DNA from: an uncultured Actinomycetota bacterium
GTDB taxonomy: Bacteria; Actinomycetota; Actinomycetes; Propionibacteriales; Nocardioidaceae
Assembly (NCBI GenBank): GCA_963819295.1
Contig: CAWFVO010000001.1
Location: 29,080-93,079 of the forward strand
Direction of reading: 5' to 3'
DNA length: 64,000 bases
The position numbers and the translations under genes were made by a program. The notes beneath the pieces were generated by a model that was not told the DNA's origin, did not search any database, and saw nothing but the letters and a program-made list of their open reading frames with translations. This document shows, one piece after another, positions 41,831 through 52,673 of the stretch; within the stretch, counting starts at the first letter, position 1; the number at the start of each line of letters is the position of its first letter.

Positions 41831-44800
41831 GTGTGGGGGAACCGGGCGGCGCGCGTGCCCGCGTCTCGGGTCCTGCTCGTCGCCTCGTTCGGCGCCTTCC
41901 TGGCCTTCCTCGACGCCACGATCGTCAACGTCGCCTTCCCGTCGATCCGGGCATCGTTCCCCGGCACGACGATCAGCAACCTGTCGTGGGTGCTCAACGC
42001 CTACAACATCGTCTTCGCGGCGTTCCTCATCGTGTGCGGGCGGCTCACCGACCTGCTCGGACGGCGTCGCGCCTTCGTGGCCGGTGTGGTGGTGTTCACG
42101 GTCGCCTCGGCTCTGTGTGGTCTTGCGCCCTCGGTCGCCCTGCTGGTGGCGGCACGGGTGTTGCAGGCCCTGGGTGCCGCGCTTCTGGTCCCGGCGTCGC
42201 TCGCCCTCGTCGTGGAGGCGTTCCCCGAGGAGCGCCGGGCACACGCCATCGGCCTGTGGGGCGCCACCGCGGCCCTCGCGGCCGGCCTGGGTCCGCCGCT
42301 GGGCGGCGCCCTCGTCGAGCTCGGTGGATGGCGATGGGCCTTCCTGGTCAACATTCCCTTCGGCGTGGTCGCCATCTGGTTCGCACGTCGTCAGCTCGTC
42401 GAGAGCCGCGCCCCCGGTCGTCGTACCGTGCCCGACCTGCGCGGCGCGGCCCTGCTGGCCGCGGCCCTGGCCGCCCTCAACCTCGGCATCATCAAGGGCA
42501 GCGACTGGGGTTGGAGCAGCGCGGTCGTCATCGGATCGTTCGCGGCCGGTGCAACGCTGACGGCGCTGTTCGTCCTGAGCTCGCGAAGGCACCGCTCGCC
42601 TCTCCTGGATCCCGCGCTGCTGCGGATCCCGTCGTTCAGCATCGCGTCGTTGGCCACTCTGCTGGCGGGGATCGGCTTCTACTCCTACCTGCTCACCAAC
42701 ATCCTCTGGCTGCGATACGTCTGGCACTACAGCGTTCTCAGTGCCGGCCTGGCACTGGTGCCCGGCGCGCTGGTCGCCGCGGTCGTCGCGGCCCGGCTCG
42801 GACCTCTGGCCGATCGACACGGTTACCGGCCCTTCGTCGTCCCCGGTGCACTGGTCTGGGCGGGGGCCTACCTGTGGTACCACCAGCAGGTGGGCCTCGT
42901 GCCCGCGTTCTGGACCGAGTGGTTCCCCGGGCAGGTGCTCAGCGGCATCGGTGTCGGCGCGACCCTCCCGCTGCTGGGCAGCGCCGCACTCGCCGCCGTC
43001 CCGGGCGGTCGCTATGCCACTGCCTCCGCGGTGGTGTCCAGCGTCCGCCAGCTCGGCGGCGTCCTGGGCATCGCGATCCTGGTCGTCATCCTCGGCGACC
43101 CGACCCCGCTCACTGCGGTCGCCGCGTTCCACCACGGATGGGTGCTGGCCATCTGCTCCTTCCTGGGCGTGGCGGTGGTGTCGCTGCCACTGGGACGCCT
43201 GAGCGGCGCGGTCCACGTGGACAGCGGCGAGGACGAGCGGCCACCGACGGTCCATCCGCCCCTGCGCGACGATGCCCGTCCGGCCGGTGCGACGGTGGCG
43301 ACGCCTGACAGCACCGATCTGACCGACCTGCCGCTGCTGGCTGCGCTGCCGGTCGAGGCGCGCGCTCGGCTGGCGGCCGCCGCTCGGCTGGTGACGGTGC
43401 CGGCCGGGAGCGAGCTGATCCGCGCCGGCGATCCGGCCGGTTCGGCGTACGTCGTACGCCGGGGGCGGCTCGAGGTCGAGGTCGACGGCCATCTGGTGCG
43501 TGAGCTCGGCCCGGGAGCGATCCTCGGTGAGCTGGCCCTCCTGACCGGAGAACGCCGCTCGGCCACCGTGCGGGCGCGCCGCGACTCGACCGTGCTGGAG
43601 CTGCCGCGCGGCGCCTTCGAGGACCTCCTCGCGACCGACCCCACGGCCTCCCGGCTGGTGCTGACCCAGGTCGCGGAGCAGCTCCGCACCGCCGGTGGTC
43701 CGGCGAAGAAGATCCAGCCGGCCCAGCCGACGGTGATCGCGGTGGTCGGCCTCCACCCGGGGGCGCAGGCGGCCGAGGTGGCGGACGTGCTCGGGCGGCG
43801 CCTGTCGACGCACCTGCGCGTCGCGATGCCCGGAGTCGTGAGCCCGGACGGTCTCGCCCGGGCCGAGCAGGACCACGACCGGGTACTCCTGGTCGCGGGA
43901 AGCACGCACGACCCGGCCCACCCGGGCTGGCGCGACTTCTGCCTCCGTCAGGCGGACGCCGTCGTCCTGGTCTCGCACAGCGACGTCGCTGTCCCAGAGG
44001 AGCCCGTGACACCGGCTCCTCTGCGCCAGCCCGACCTCATACTTCTCGGGCGCGGCGCCCGCCGACCTCGCGTCGTGGGCGGCGGTGACCGACGCGTGGC
44101 AGGTGACGGTGGTGGAGGGGGACTACGCCCTCGGCGTACGCGCGACTGCGGACCGACTGGCCGGCCGCTCACTCGGGCTGGTGCTGGCGGGTGGCGGCGC
44201 ACGTGCCTTCGCCCACGTCGGAGTCCTGCGTGAGCTGGAGGACCGCGGCCTGCACGTCGACCGGGTCGCCGGCAGCAGCGTCGGCGCGATCATCGCAGCC
44301 ATGCATGCCCTCGGTCACGATGGTGAGTGGCTCGAGGAGGTCCTGTACGCCGAGTTCGTACGCCGCACACCGTTCTCCGACTGGGGCCTTCCTACCGCGT
44401 CCCTGGCCAGGGGCCGACGCATGCAGGAGGCGGCGACGCGCACCTACGGCGACACTGTGTTCGAGGGTCTGCCTCGCCAGCTCCACATCGCCACTACCGA
44501 CCTGGTCAGCCGCACGAGGCAGGTTCATCGGCGCGGAGCGGTGAGTCGGGCGGTGGTTGCCTCGGCGCGGCTACCGATCCTGTTCGCGCCGATGCCCGAC
44601 GACTCCGGACGGCTGCTCATCGACGGGGGTGTGCTCGACAACCTGCCGGTCGACCTGTTGACCGAGCGCGATGAGGGACCCGTCGTGGCCGTCAACATCG
44701 CGATGGGTGGCGGTGGCGGCGGCGGGCGGGTCCCGCGGATCGGACGCCCCCGAGTACCTGCCCTGGGTGAGACCCTGCTGCGCACGATGATGATCGGCAG

Positions 44801-45077
44801 CGGCGGCGCCGTCGCGTCGGCTCGAACCGAGGGCGCATGGGTCGTCACGCCGCCGACCCTGGGGGTCGGACTCCTGGAGTTCCACCAGCTCGACCGGATG
44901 ATCGCGGCCGGCCGGTTGGCGGCACGCGCCCTGCTCGAGCAGGCAGGGAACGACCTCGGGGCCTTACCGGTCGCGCCCGCAGGGAACGACCTCGGGGCCT
45001 TGCCGGTCGGGCAGTCCGGGCACGATCCGGAGCCCGAGCTTCCGCCGCCCCGACCGACGGCGCTGGACCAGGTCTGA
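41831..45077 (+). CDS. DHA2 MFS transporter - cNMP-binding domain - patatin phospholipase fusion (Rv3239c/Rv3728-like; frameshift near 44060)
   Basis: MFS motifs 'LDATIVNVAFP', 'GRLTDLLGRR', 'WRWAFLVNIP'; cassette 'GELALLTGERRSATV'; NTE-like 'WRDFCLRQAD'; patatin GGGARA, GSSVG, DGG. Confidence 0.92.
44943..45009 (+). repeat. Tandem duplication with a 36-bp period near the 3' end of the patatin fusion
   Basis: GCAGGGAACGACCTCGGGGCCTTRCCGGTCG at 44943 and 44979, encoding AGNDLGALPV twice. Confidence 0.9.
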
Positions 45078-45078
45078 G

Positions 45079-45909
45079 CTAGGAGGGTCGGGCGACGTCG
45101 ATGGTCATCCCCTCGCGGGCGACCACGACAGGGGGGCCCGCGTCGAGGGTCCGCGCCCAGGCCGCGATCTCGTCGAGCGCCTCGTCGGTGCGCGCCGGCG
45201 AGTGGTGGAAGAGGAACACCGAACCGGCGTCGCACTCGCGACCGAGCTTGATCGAGTCCTCGACGGTGGCGTGGCCGTACTCGACCGCGACCCGTCGCTC
45301 ACCCTCGAGGAACTGCGCGTCGTGCACGAGGACGTCGACACCGGACAACGCCGACTTCAGCTCGTCGGACACGCCGGCTGCTGGCGCGTGGTCGGGCAGA
45401 TAGGCCAGCGAGCCGCGCTCGTCCTCGATCCGCAGGCAGAACGTGCGCCCTCCCTTGTGCTCGATGTCGACCGTGGTCACCGCGAAGCCTTCGATCCGGT
45501 GCGACCCCTCCTCCAGTGCATGGAACGTCCAGGCGCCGTGGAGGCCCTCGGGCGTGATCGGGAACGAGGGCGGGGAGAACGAGCGCGCCAGCAGGTCGCG
45601 ACCGGACTGATGGTCCTGGGCGGGCAGGTAGACGTCGACCCTGGCGTCGTCCCTGTCCCCGGCGGCGAAGAAGGGGAGCCCCTGCACATGGTCCCAGTGG
45701 AGATGGCTGAGGACGATGGAGCCGTTGAACGAGGTTCCGCCCAGCATCGACGTGAGCGAGCGGAGGCCGGTTCCGGCGTCGAGGACCAACGTCGGCACAC
45801 CACCGCCGTCGGGCGTGATGGCGAGGCAGGACGTGTGCCCGCCGTAGCGAACGAAGTCGGCCCCCGGCGCGGGTGTGGACCCACGAACACCGAGCAGCTG
45901 CACCCTCAC
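45079..45909 (-). CDS. MBL-fold metallohydrolase, RNase Z / cyclic-nucleotide phosphodiesterase-like
   Basis: 'GVRGSTP', 'GGHTSC', 'LDAGTG', 'SHLHWDH', 'DAQF', 'GHAT', 'FHHSP'. Confidence 0.9.
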   Translation of the reverse strand: MRVQLLGVRGSTPAPGADFVRYGGHTSCLAITPDGGGVPTLVLDAGTGLRSLTSMLGGTSFNGSIVLSHLHWDHVQGLPFFAAGDRDDARVDVYLPAQDHQSGRDLLARSFSPPSFPITPEGLHGAWTFHALEEGSHRIEGFAVTTVDIEHKGGRTFCLRIEDERGSLAYLPDHAPAAGVSDELKSALSGVDVLVHDAQFLEGERRVAVEYGHATVEDSIKLGRECDAGSVFLFHHSPARTDEALDEIAAWARTLDAGPPVVVAREGMTIDVARPS

Positions 45910-46093
45910 CGGACGTCCACGCGCCGGACTCTAGCAGCGGCCGCGCGCGCCGTTCGTCGATCTGGAAGGACCCGTCGGCGCGGGCCTGAACCAGTCCGTC
46001 CGCGTTCGTTTCCAGAGGGTCACCGCCGATCCCGACACCTCCGTGACGACCAGCCGCACGAAAGTGCCGCGGGCATCGACCGGTGGTGAGAGG

Positions 46094-46348
46094 ATGCGCG
46101 CCATGCTGATGATGTCCGACGCGGTTTACGGCCGCGAGCTCGAGTCCTACGACCTTCCCCGCGGCACCTGCCCCCGCTGCGGCAGTGCCGACGTCCGACA
46201 CCTCATGATCGGCGACCCCGCACACCCAGGCTCGATGGACGCGACGCCCGAGTGGGTCGAGTGGGTGGGGTGCATGCATCCGGGGCACGACCGCGAGTGT
46301 GACCACTGTGGTCTGGACTGGACCGACGAGGACGACGCCTCGCTCTGA
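46094..46348 (+). CDS. Small zinc-ribbon-like protein
   Basis: CPRCGS...GC...CDHC in about 84 aa; coding-like codons. Confidence 0.65.
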   Translation: MRAMLMMSDAVYGRELESYDLPRGTCPRCGSADVRHLMIGDPAHPGSMDATPEWVEWVGCMHPGHDRECDHCGLDWTDEDDASL

Positions 46349-46388
46349 CGGCGAGGGGATTGCCGGCGGCCGATCCAGAGCGCCCGCC

Positions 46389-46991
46389 CTAGCGCAGGAC
46401 GATGCAGTCCGCGGACGAGACCCACTCGTGCGCGAGGACTCCGAAGACCTCCGAGTCGCGCCATCCGTCACGAAGCCGGACGTTCTCCCGCAACCGACCC
46501 TCGTGCCGCATGCCGACCTTGCTCAACACGGCAATGGACGCGACGTTGCGCGCGTCGCAGGTGGCCTCGACCCGGTGCAGGCGCAGGGCATCGAACGCGT
46601 AGCTCACCGCCGCGACAGCCATCCGGGTCGCCAGCCCGCGCCCCCAAGCATCCGGGTGAAGGCCGTACCCGATCTCGGCGCAGCGAGACTCGGCGTCGAA
46701 GATGTGCAGCTCGATGTAGCCGACTGCCTGGCCGGCACCGAACTCCGTCTTGGTGACGTCGCCCCCGGGGTCGAGGCCGTCGGGAACGATCGCGATCCAT
46801 GTGTGACGTGTCTCGTCGGAAATGATCGCGGTCACCACCGCCTCGGTTTCGGAGCGGGTGTACGGCCCCCAGCGTTGATAGCGGCACACCGCGTCCAGCT
46901 GCGTCCACGCGTACATGGTCGGGCCGTCAGCGTTCCCGAGACGGCGCATCTCCAGGATCGGCTCCCCACGATCGCAGTCGGGCACCCGCAT
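46389..46991 (-). CDS. GNAT acetyltransferase, RimJ/RimL-like (start uncertain)
   Basis: 'AEIGYGLHPDAWGRGLAT', 'LHRVEATCDARNVASIAVLSKVGMRHEGRLRE'. Confidence 0.88.
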   Translation of the reverse strand: MRVPDCDRGEPILEMRRLGNADGPTMYAWTQLDAVCRYQRWGPYTRSETEAVVTAIISDETRHTWIAIVPDGLDPGGDVTKTEFGAGQAVGYIELHIFDAESRCAEIGYGLHPDAWGRGLATRMAVAAVSYAFDALRLHRVEATCDARNVASIAVLSKVGMRHEGRLRENVRLRDGWRDSEVFGVLAHEWVSSADCIVLR

Positions 46992-47098
46992 CAGGCTAGG
47001 CCAGGCACCACGCGACGTCGAGCGAGGCTGCGCACCCGGTGCCACCCCCGCCTCGGGCCACTCCTCCTCGTCCAGCCATCGGCAGGAGTCGCCGCGGG

Positions 47099-47656
47099 TC
47101 ACGGCTGCCACTGCCGCCTGAGCAGCCCGTACACCCACGAGTCCGAGACCTCGCCGTTCACGACGCAGTCCTCCCGCAGCGTTCCTTCACGCACGAATCC
47201 GAGCTTCTCCAGCACGCGTGCAGATGCCGCGTTGCGCGTATCGGCTTCGGCCTGCACCCGATTCAGGTCGAGGGTGTCGAATGCCCACTGCAGCAGGCAA
47301 CGCGCGGCCTCCGTCGCGTAGCCGTGACCCCAGGCCGCATCGTCGAGGCAGTAGCCCAACGACGCGCTGCGATAGTCCGGGTTCCATCGGGTGAGGCTGC
47401 ACCAGCCGAGGAACGACGTGTCCGAGACCAGGTCGATCGCCAGCCGGGCACCGCTTCCGTCCTCCGCCAGCTGCCGGCTGGCCGCCAGGAATCGCTCGGC
47501 GCGCGCCGGGTCGGTCCAGGGCGGCGCGTCCCAGTAGCGCAGGACGTAGGCGTTGCTGTGCAGCGCGAAGAGGGCGTCCGCATCCGTGCTGGTGAAGGGC
47601 CGCAACCGCAGGCGAGCGGTGTGCAGCGTGGGGGTGGGCAGGGACATGCGCGCCAT
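47099..47656 (-). CDS. GNAT acetyltransferase, RimJ/RimL-like
   Basis: 'LHTARLRLRP', 'LGYCLDDAAWGHGYATEA', 'NAASARVLEKLGFVREG'. Confidence 0.93.
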   Translation of the reverse strand: MARMSLPTPTLHTARLRLRPFTSTDADALFALHSNAYVLRYWDAPPWTDPARAERFLAASRQLAEDGSGARLAIDLVSDTSFLGWCSLTRWNPDYRSASLGYCLDDAAWGHGYATEAARCLLQWAFDTLDLNRVQAEADTRNAASARVLEKLGFVREGTLREDCVVNGEVSDSWVYGLLRRQWQP

Positions 47657-47732
47657 GGTGCCGTGTCACGGGTGGCCCGGGTCAACCGAATACGCGTGGG
47701 CGGTGGGATCCCACCTCCGGTGGCGGGATGGC

Positions 47733-47768
47733 CAGTGGGCCGGGGCGGTGTTCCGCCCCGGCCCACTG
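47733..47768 (-). terminator. Hairpin downstream of the phosphoesterase gene
   Basis: CAGTGGGCCGGGGCGG-tgtt-CCGCCCCGGCCCACTG, perfect 16-bp stem. Confidence 0.8.
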
Positions 47769-47785
47769 CTGCCTTCTGAGGGTGC

Positions 47786-49642
47786 TCAGCCTCCCAGCGG
47801 CTGTCCGGTGCTGGGGTCGACCAGGAAGGTTCCCTTGTTGGGGGCGTGGCCGTACGGGTCGTTGCCGTTCTTCTTGGTGCCGGAGAAGTCGAACAGCCCG
47901 TCCAGGCTTCCGGCCAGGCTGTCCGTGCTACCGGCGATCTGCGCCAGTCCCCAGTTGTCCTCGACGAACCGGATGATCGACGACTGGTCGGTGAGGGTGT
48001 GGTCGACAGTGTTGGCGCGAGCCCAGGGCGAGATCACCAGGAAGGGAAGTCGCGGGCCGTATCCGCAGCGACCCTGCTCTCCGGCCAGCGGCGATCCACT
48101 GCCACACATGCCTGCGCCCGTGAGGGCGTCCGCGACGGAGGTCGAGGGGTTGGTGACGCCGCTGTAGGCGTGGTCGTACCAGCCGTCGGAGTCGTCGTAG
48201 GAGATGATCACGGCCGTGCTCTTCCAGTCGGGTGTCCGTTGGAGGGCGTTGATCTCGTCGACCACGAACCGCTGCTCGTCGATCGGGTCGGAGTAGGCCG
48301 CGTGGCCGTCCTGGTACCCGGGAGCCTTGAGGAAGCTCACCGCCGGAAGAGCGGTGGGCGGAAGGTCTCCGGCGTGGATCGCGGAGACCAGCTGGTCGAA
48401 GTCGCTGGTGTCGTACTGGTGGTTCGGGGTGTCGAACTGGGGCTGACCGTCGACGTAGTGCTGGGTGTCGCGGCCGATGGTTCGCAGTGCCCCGATCGTG
48501 TCCTGGCCCTGCGAGCCAGTGGCCAGCGTGAGGTGGTGCGGGTTCGCGGTGGTGGCGTAGTACTGGAACGGCTCGTGGTGGGGGATGTAGTCGTCCTTGT
48601 AGCCGTACTGTCCGGTTCCGGTCGGGAGTGGGCTCTGGAGGCCGGCCCCGACCGGGTGTACGGCGTTGCAGATGCCCTGGTTGGACGAGTGCGGCACCGA
48701 CGTGTTGAAACCGCCGTTCTTGAACTCGTCGGCGATGAACGTCGACGTCGGCTGGCCGGTGTGACCCGTCGCCGCTGCCGCAGCGCTGAACGAGGTCGTG
48801 GGCCGGAAGCCGCCCTCGAACCAGCCCCACGACAGGCCCGCGCCGTTGAGCTCGTCACCGATGTTGGCCCCGCTCATGGCGACCGCGTCGCGGGTCGAGC
48901 AGTCGTCCCAGTAGGGCTGCGCGTCGCTGGTGAGTGAGAAGCCACCCTGGCCGTCCGCGGTCAGATCGGCGTTGGGGGAGGCCGGGCTCGCGATGCTGGG
49001 GTTGTTGGCGGTGTGGGTCATGTCCACGGCACCGGTGTTGCCGGACACGAGGTTGATCGCCCCCGGTGAGGACGGCCCGAAGGTGGTGCCGAAGGAGTTG
49101 TCGCTCATCGCATACCGCTGGGCGTAGTTCCACAGTCCGGTCGTGGCGTTGCCGTCGTAGTAGTTCATGACGTCGCCCGCGACGCAGGGGCTTCCGGTCG
49201 GGCTGGACCCGGCTCCGGTGCCGACGGTCTGCGGGAACCTGTCCATCTTCCCGTTGTCGAAGGCCCGCTGTTCGTCGCTGTAGTTGTGGTCCTGGTCGCA
49301 GGTGAGCAGGTCCGAGATCTGGGTGGGGTCGTACCGGCGTGGGTTCACGCCGTTCGGGTTGGCAGTGAGCAGACTCCGGGTCAGGCCGTCGACCGAGGGG
49401 GTTCCGGCCTTGGCCGTGAACCTCTGCCCGCCGGTGTTGGCGGCGTGCGGGTACGTCCCGAAGTAGTGGTCGAAGGAGACGTTCTCCTGGAAGATCACGA
49501 CCAGGTGCTTGATCGGCGTGGACGTGTCGTCAGCGGCGCCGTGTGCCGAGGCCGACGTAGCGGCAAGGGTTGCCAGGGCGGCTGTCCCGGCGCTGACGGC
49601 GGCCGCCGCCGCGATCATCCGGCGAGTGGGTGAGCGATGCAT
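47786..49642 (-). CDS. Secreted phospholipase C / acid phosphatase (AcpA-type phosphoesterase)
   Basis: 'PIKHLVVIFQENVSFDHYFGTYP', 'FGPSSPG', 'YDDSDGWYDH', 'GYGPRLP'; twin-arginine-like leader 'TRRMI'. Confidence 0.92.
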   Translation of the reverse strand: MHRSPTRRMIAAAAAVSAGTAALATLAATSASAHGAADDTSTPIKHLVVIFQENVSFDHYFGTYPHAANTGGQRFTAKAGTPSVDGLTRSLLTANPNGVNPRRYDPTQISDLLTCDQDHNYSDEQRAFDNGKMDRFPQTVGTGAGSSPTGSPCVAGDVMNYYDGNATTGLWNYAQRYAMSDNSFGTTFGPSSPGAINLVSGNTGAVDMTHTANNPSIASPASPNADLTADGQGGFSLTSDAQPYWDDCSTRDAVAMSGANIGDELNGAGLSWGWFEGGFRPTTSFSAAAAATGHTGQPTSTFIADEFKNGGFNTSVPHSSNQGICNAVHPVGAGLQSPLPTGTGQYGYKDDYIPHHEPFQYYATTANPHHLTLATGSQGQDTIGALRTIGRDTQHYVDGQPQFDTPNHQYDTSDFDQLVSAIHAGDLPPTALPAVSFLKAPGYQDGHAAYSDPIDEQRFVVDEINALQRTPDWKSTAVIISYDDSDGWYDHAYSGVTNPSTSVADALTGAGMCGSGSPLAGEQGRCGYGPRLPFLVISPWARANTVDHTLTDQSSIIRFVEDNWGLAQIAGSTDSLAGSLDGLFDFSGTKKNGNDPYGHAPNKGTFLVDPSTGQPLGG

Positions 49643-49912
49643 CGATGAGCCTTTCTCGAAGCGGTACAGGCTTCGAACCCACCAGTTGACCACGACAACA
49701 AGTCGCACGATGCGAGTCATGCGGATGTCTGATCGGTGAACAGGAGGGGCGGCGTCGTCGTCGGTCCCGAGCCCCGAACGTCCCCGCCGGCACGTGGGTG
49801 CGCTCGCCGACGACTGGTCAATTCGACGTAGTGCCGCTCACCCTTCTGGACGACGACCAGGGCCCGGGCCGTTCCTAGGTTGAAACGACACCGCGCTATC
49901 CGGGGGGCATCC

Positions 49913-51824
49913 ATGTGCGCGTCTGATCGCACTGTCCACGTCGACCCGTCCCAGGCGGTCCCCGGAGGGGATCGCTTCAGGGTCCCGAGCTTCGCCGTGC
50001 TGGTGACGTCGAGCCTGGTGGCCGCCGTGGCCACCGTCGTGCCGGCCGCCCCGGCACTCGCGAGCACGACGTACCTGGTCCGCCAGCACGACCCGCACTG
50101 CTCGAACACCGGGCCGGGCAACACCACCAGGCCGTTCTGCACGATCTCCGCGGCGGCTGGCGTGGCTGTTGCGGGCGACACCGTCCGCGTCGGCGCGGGG
50201 ATCTACCGCGAACAGGTGACCGCGCCCAGCGGGGTGAGGTTCGTGGCCCCGAACAGGTCAGCCCAGGTCGTGGGCTCCGACAGCCTCGCGTCCGCATCCT
50301 GGTCTGCCGCCGGAGGCCACGCGTGGTCCACGGTGCTCGGTGCCACCACCGGGGTGTCCCGGGTGCTCAGTGGTAGCACCCGGCTGACCCGGACCACGGG
50401 GGTCAATCGGACCGGGACCGGCAGCTGGTTCCTCGACGCGACGTCCCACAGGCTGTACGTCGACCTGGGCGGACCGGCACCCAGGGCCGGCGATGCGCTC
50501 AAGGCGGTCGTGCGGCAGTACGGGTTCCTGGTCCGCGACGACCACGACGTCACCGTGGAGGGTTTCACGATGCGCGGCCAGGGGGGAGCGGGCATCCTGC
50601 TGGACTCCTCCACGCACTCCGTGGTCCGTGACGTGTCGGTGACCGGGTCGGCGTCGTACGGCATCAACGACCAGAGCGGCACCAGGGACAGGATCATCGG
50701 AGCGCACGTCAGCCACAGCGCCTCGATCGGCATCCGGCTGATCGATACCGCCTCGAGCTCGGTGACCTCGTCGATCTCGAGGTGGAACGGGTTCCATGGC
50801 ATCAGCGTGCAGGGGGGATCCAGGGCCCATGTCGGCCGAAACGTCACCACCGGGAACATCACCCCCGGGGTCCGGCGGGCCGCGGGGATCGACATCAGCT
50901 CGGCCTCGCTCGACGCCCTCGTCGAGCGCAACGTCAGCCACGACAACGACGACTCCGGCCTCGAGATCTACACAGGCTCCGTCGGTGCCCTGGTGCGCCG
51001 CAACGTCACCTACGACAACGGAGACCACGGCATCGACATCTCCGCGTCGGGCCATGCGACCGTGGTCTCCAACACCTCGGTCAGCAACTCTGCCGCGGGC
51101 GTCAACGTCGAGGGAGGGTCAACGGGGACGACGCTGCGCGACAACATCTCGGTCAACGACGCGGTGGGCAGCCCCCGCAGCAAGGGCGGTATCAGGGTGG
51201 ACGCGGCATCCGTGTCGCACACCTCGATCGACCACGATCTGGTCTTCCAGTCCCACCGGGGCACGCCGCGGTTCGAATGGCACGGTGTCGGGTACCGGCG
51301 CCTCGCGGGCCTCCGTAGAGCAACGAACCAAGAGAAGCACGGGCGCGCAGCCAACCCGCGGTTCGTTGCTCTCCGGGCCCGGAACCTGGAGCTCGGACCG
51401 TGCCTCCCCGGCCCTCGACGCTGCCGACTCCAGGGCTCCGGGATGGGGCGCCCGCGACCAGACCGGTGCCCGTCCCGTCGACGCTCCCACGGTCGCCGAC
51501 ACGGGTGTTGGACCGGTCAGGTACGCCGACCTGGGCGCGCTGGAGCGGACTCCTCCCAGGGCCAGGCTCCACGTGGCCCACCGCGTGGTCCTCGTCGGTC
51601 GGCCCGATCGCGCAAATGCCTCGGCCTCGACCGGTACCGCGCACTCGCACATCGTGCGGTACCGGTTCAAGTGCGGGGCGCAGCACGCCACCCGCTGGCA
51701 GAGGACACGCACGAAGATGTGCGTCTTCCACCGGCCGGGCCGGATCCGAGTCTCGGTGTGGGTACGCAGCAACCTCGGACTGGTGGACGGCGCCTTCCGC
51801 CGGGTGACAGTGCGCCGCAGGTGA
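49913..51824 (+). CDS. Secreted right-handed beta-helix protein with C-terminal PKD-like domain (frameshift near 51400)
   Basis: 'PFCTISAAA', 'GDTVRVGAGIYRE', PbH1-like repeats 'NVSHDNDDSG', 'NVTYDNGDHG'; shifted frame continues 'SPALDAA...DLGALE' to the stop at 51824. Confidence 0.8.
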
Positions 51825-52011
51825 CTGACGTGATCAGCTCACCCCGCCTTCTGCCCGGCTGCGAGCCGGCGCCGGGTGCTCCCGGCCGGGTCCCGCGACC
51901 GCTCACCAGGCCGGCCCACAAGACCTTGGGTCCTTCGAGGGATGGTTCCCTCGCGCGGCACGAGGGCGCATGGTTGGGACGGGCCCTGTGACAGTTCCGG
52001 GGGGTGAACGC

Positions 52012-52596
52012 ATGGACGACCCCAATGTGTCGCCCTGGGTAGGCGTGATGGCGCTCGGGGTGCTCCTCGCCGCCCTGGCGGCCGTGGCATGGCTGATCGT
52101 TCCTGTGAGCCACGGTCCGAGCGGCGGCCATGATCAGAGCCGTGTGAGCGATCGGCCCCTCTTCCGCACCCTTCCCGCGCCTCATCGACAGCTGGACCGG
52201 ATGCAGCGCTGCGGCGACGTGGCCACGACCCACGGCGTGCCTGGGTGCGTGGCGGCGTCCTTCCCGCCGTCGGCGCCCCCGACGCTGTCCGGTCGCCGAC
52301 ATCAGCGGTCGACCCGGCCGGGTGCGCCGGCAGTCGCGCGTCCCCACACCGAGGTCCGCGCGCCCTCGGCACCGGCGAGTCTGCCGTCGACCCAGCCATC
52401 CACTCCGCCATCGACTCCGCCATCCACTCCGCCATCCACTCCGCCATCCACTCCGCCATCAACCCCGCCTCCAACCCCGCCATCAACACCGCCATCAACA
52501 CCGCCGCCCCCCGCCCCGACCAAGCAGCCCTTGCCGCAGAACGGGCCTGTGCCCGGAGGGAACACCAGCCCGCCGCACACCGGTCCCCGCCCCTAG
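52012..52596 (+). CDS. Membrane-anchored Pro/Ser/Thr-rich protein
   Basis: N-terminal TM 'WVGVMALGVLLAALAAVAWLIV', then a PSTP repeat tract. Confidence 0.6.
   Translation: MDDPNVSPWVGVMALGVLLAALAAVAWLIVPVSHGPSGGHDQSRVSDRPLFRTLPAPHRQLDRMQRCGDVATTHGVPGCVAASFPPSAPPTLSGRRHQRSTRPGAPAVARPHTEVRAPSAPASLPSTQPSTPPSTPPSTPPSTPPSTPPSTPPPTPPSTPPSTPPPPAPTKQPLPQNGPVPGGNTSPPHTGPRP
52384..52512 (+). repeat. 12-bp coding tandem repeat (PSTP), about ten copies
   Basis: CCATCCACTCCG-like units with third-position variation. Confidence 0.9.
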
Positions 52597-52673
52597 CTCC
52601 TCACCGCGTGCACCACCTGGCGCCACCCAGCGCCAAGGGCTCGTGGAGCAGCCGGATCACGAAAGGAAGGTCG

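Noticed and set aside
41630-43978. N-terminal ~780 aa of the 1121-aa minus-strand ORF
   Set aside because: Antisense shadow of the MFS-cNMP gene; the credible gene starts at 41629 with a signal peptide.
36802-45909. Calling the module canonical Pycsar, CBASS or Avs
   Set aside because: No CD-NTase, no PycC-PycTIR/PycTM two-gene operon, genes not co-oriented and no defence-island context; only the logic is analogous.
52384-52512. Regular repeats as a possible CRISPR array
   Set aside because: 12-bp contiguous units without spacers, in frame as PSTP; no cas genes nearby.
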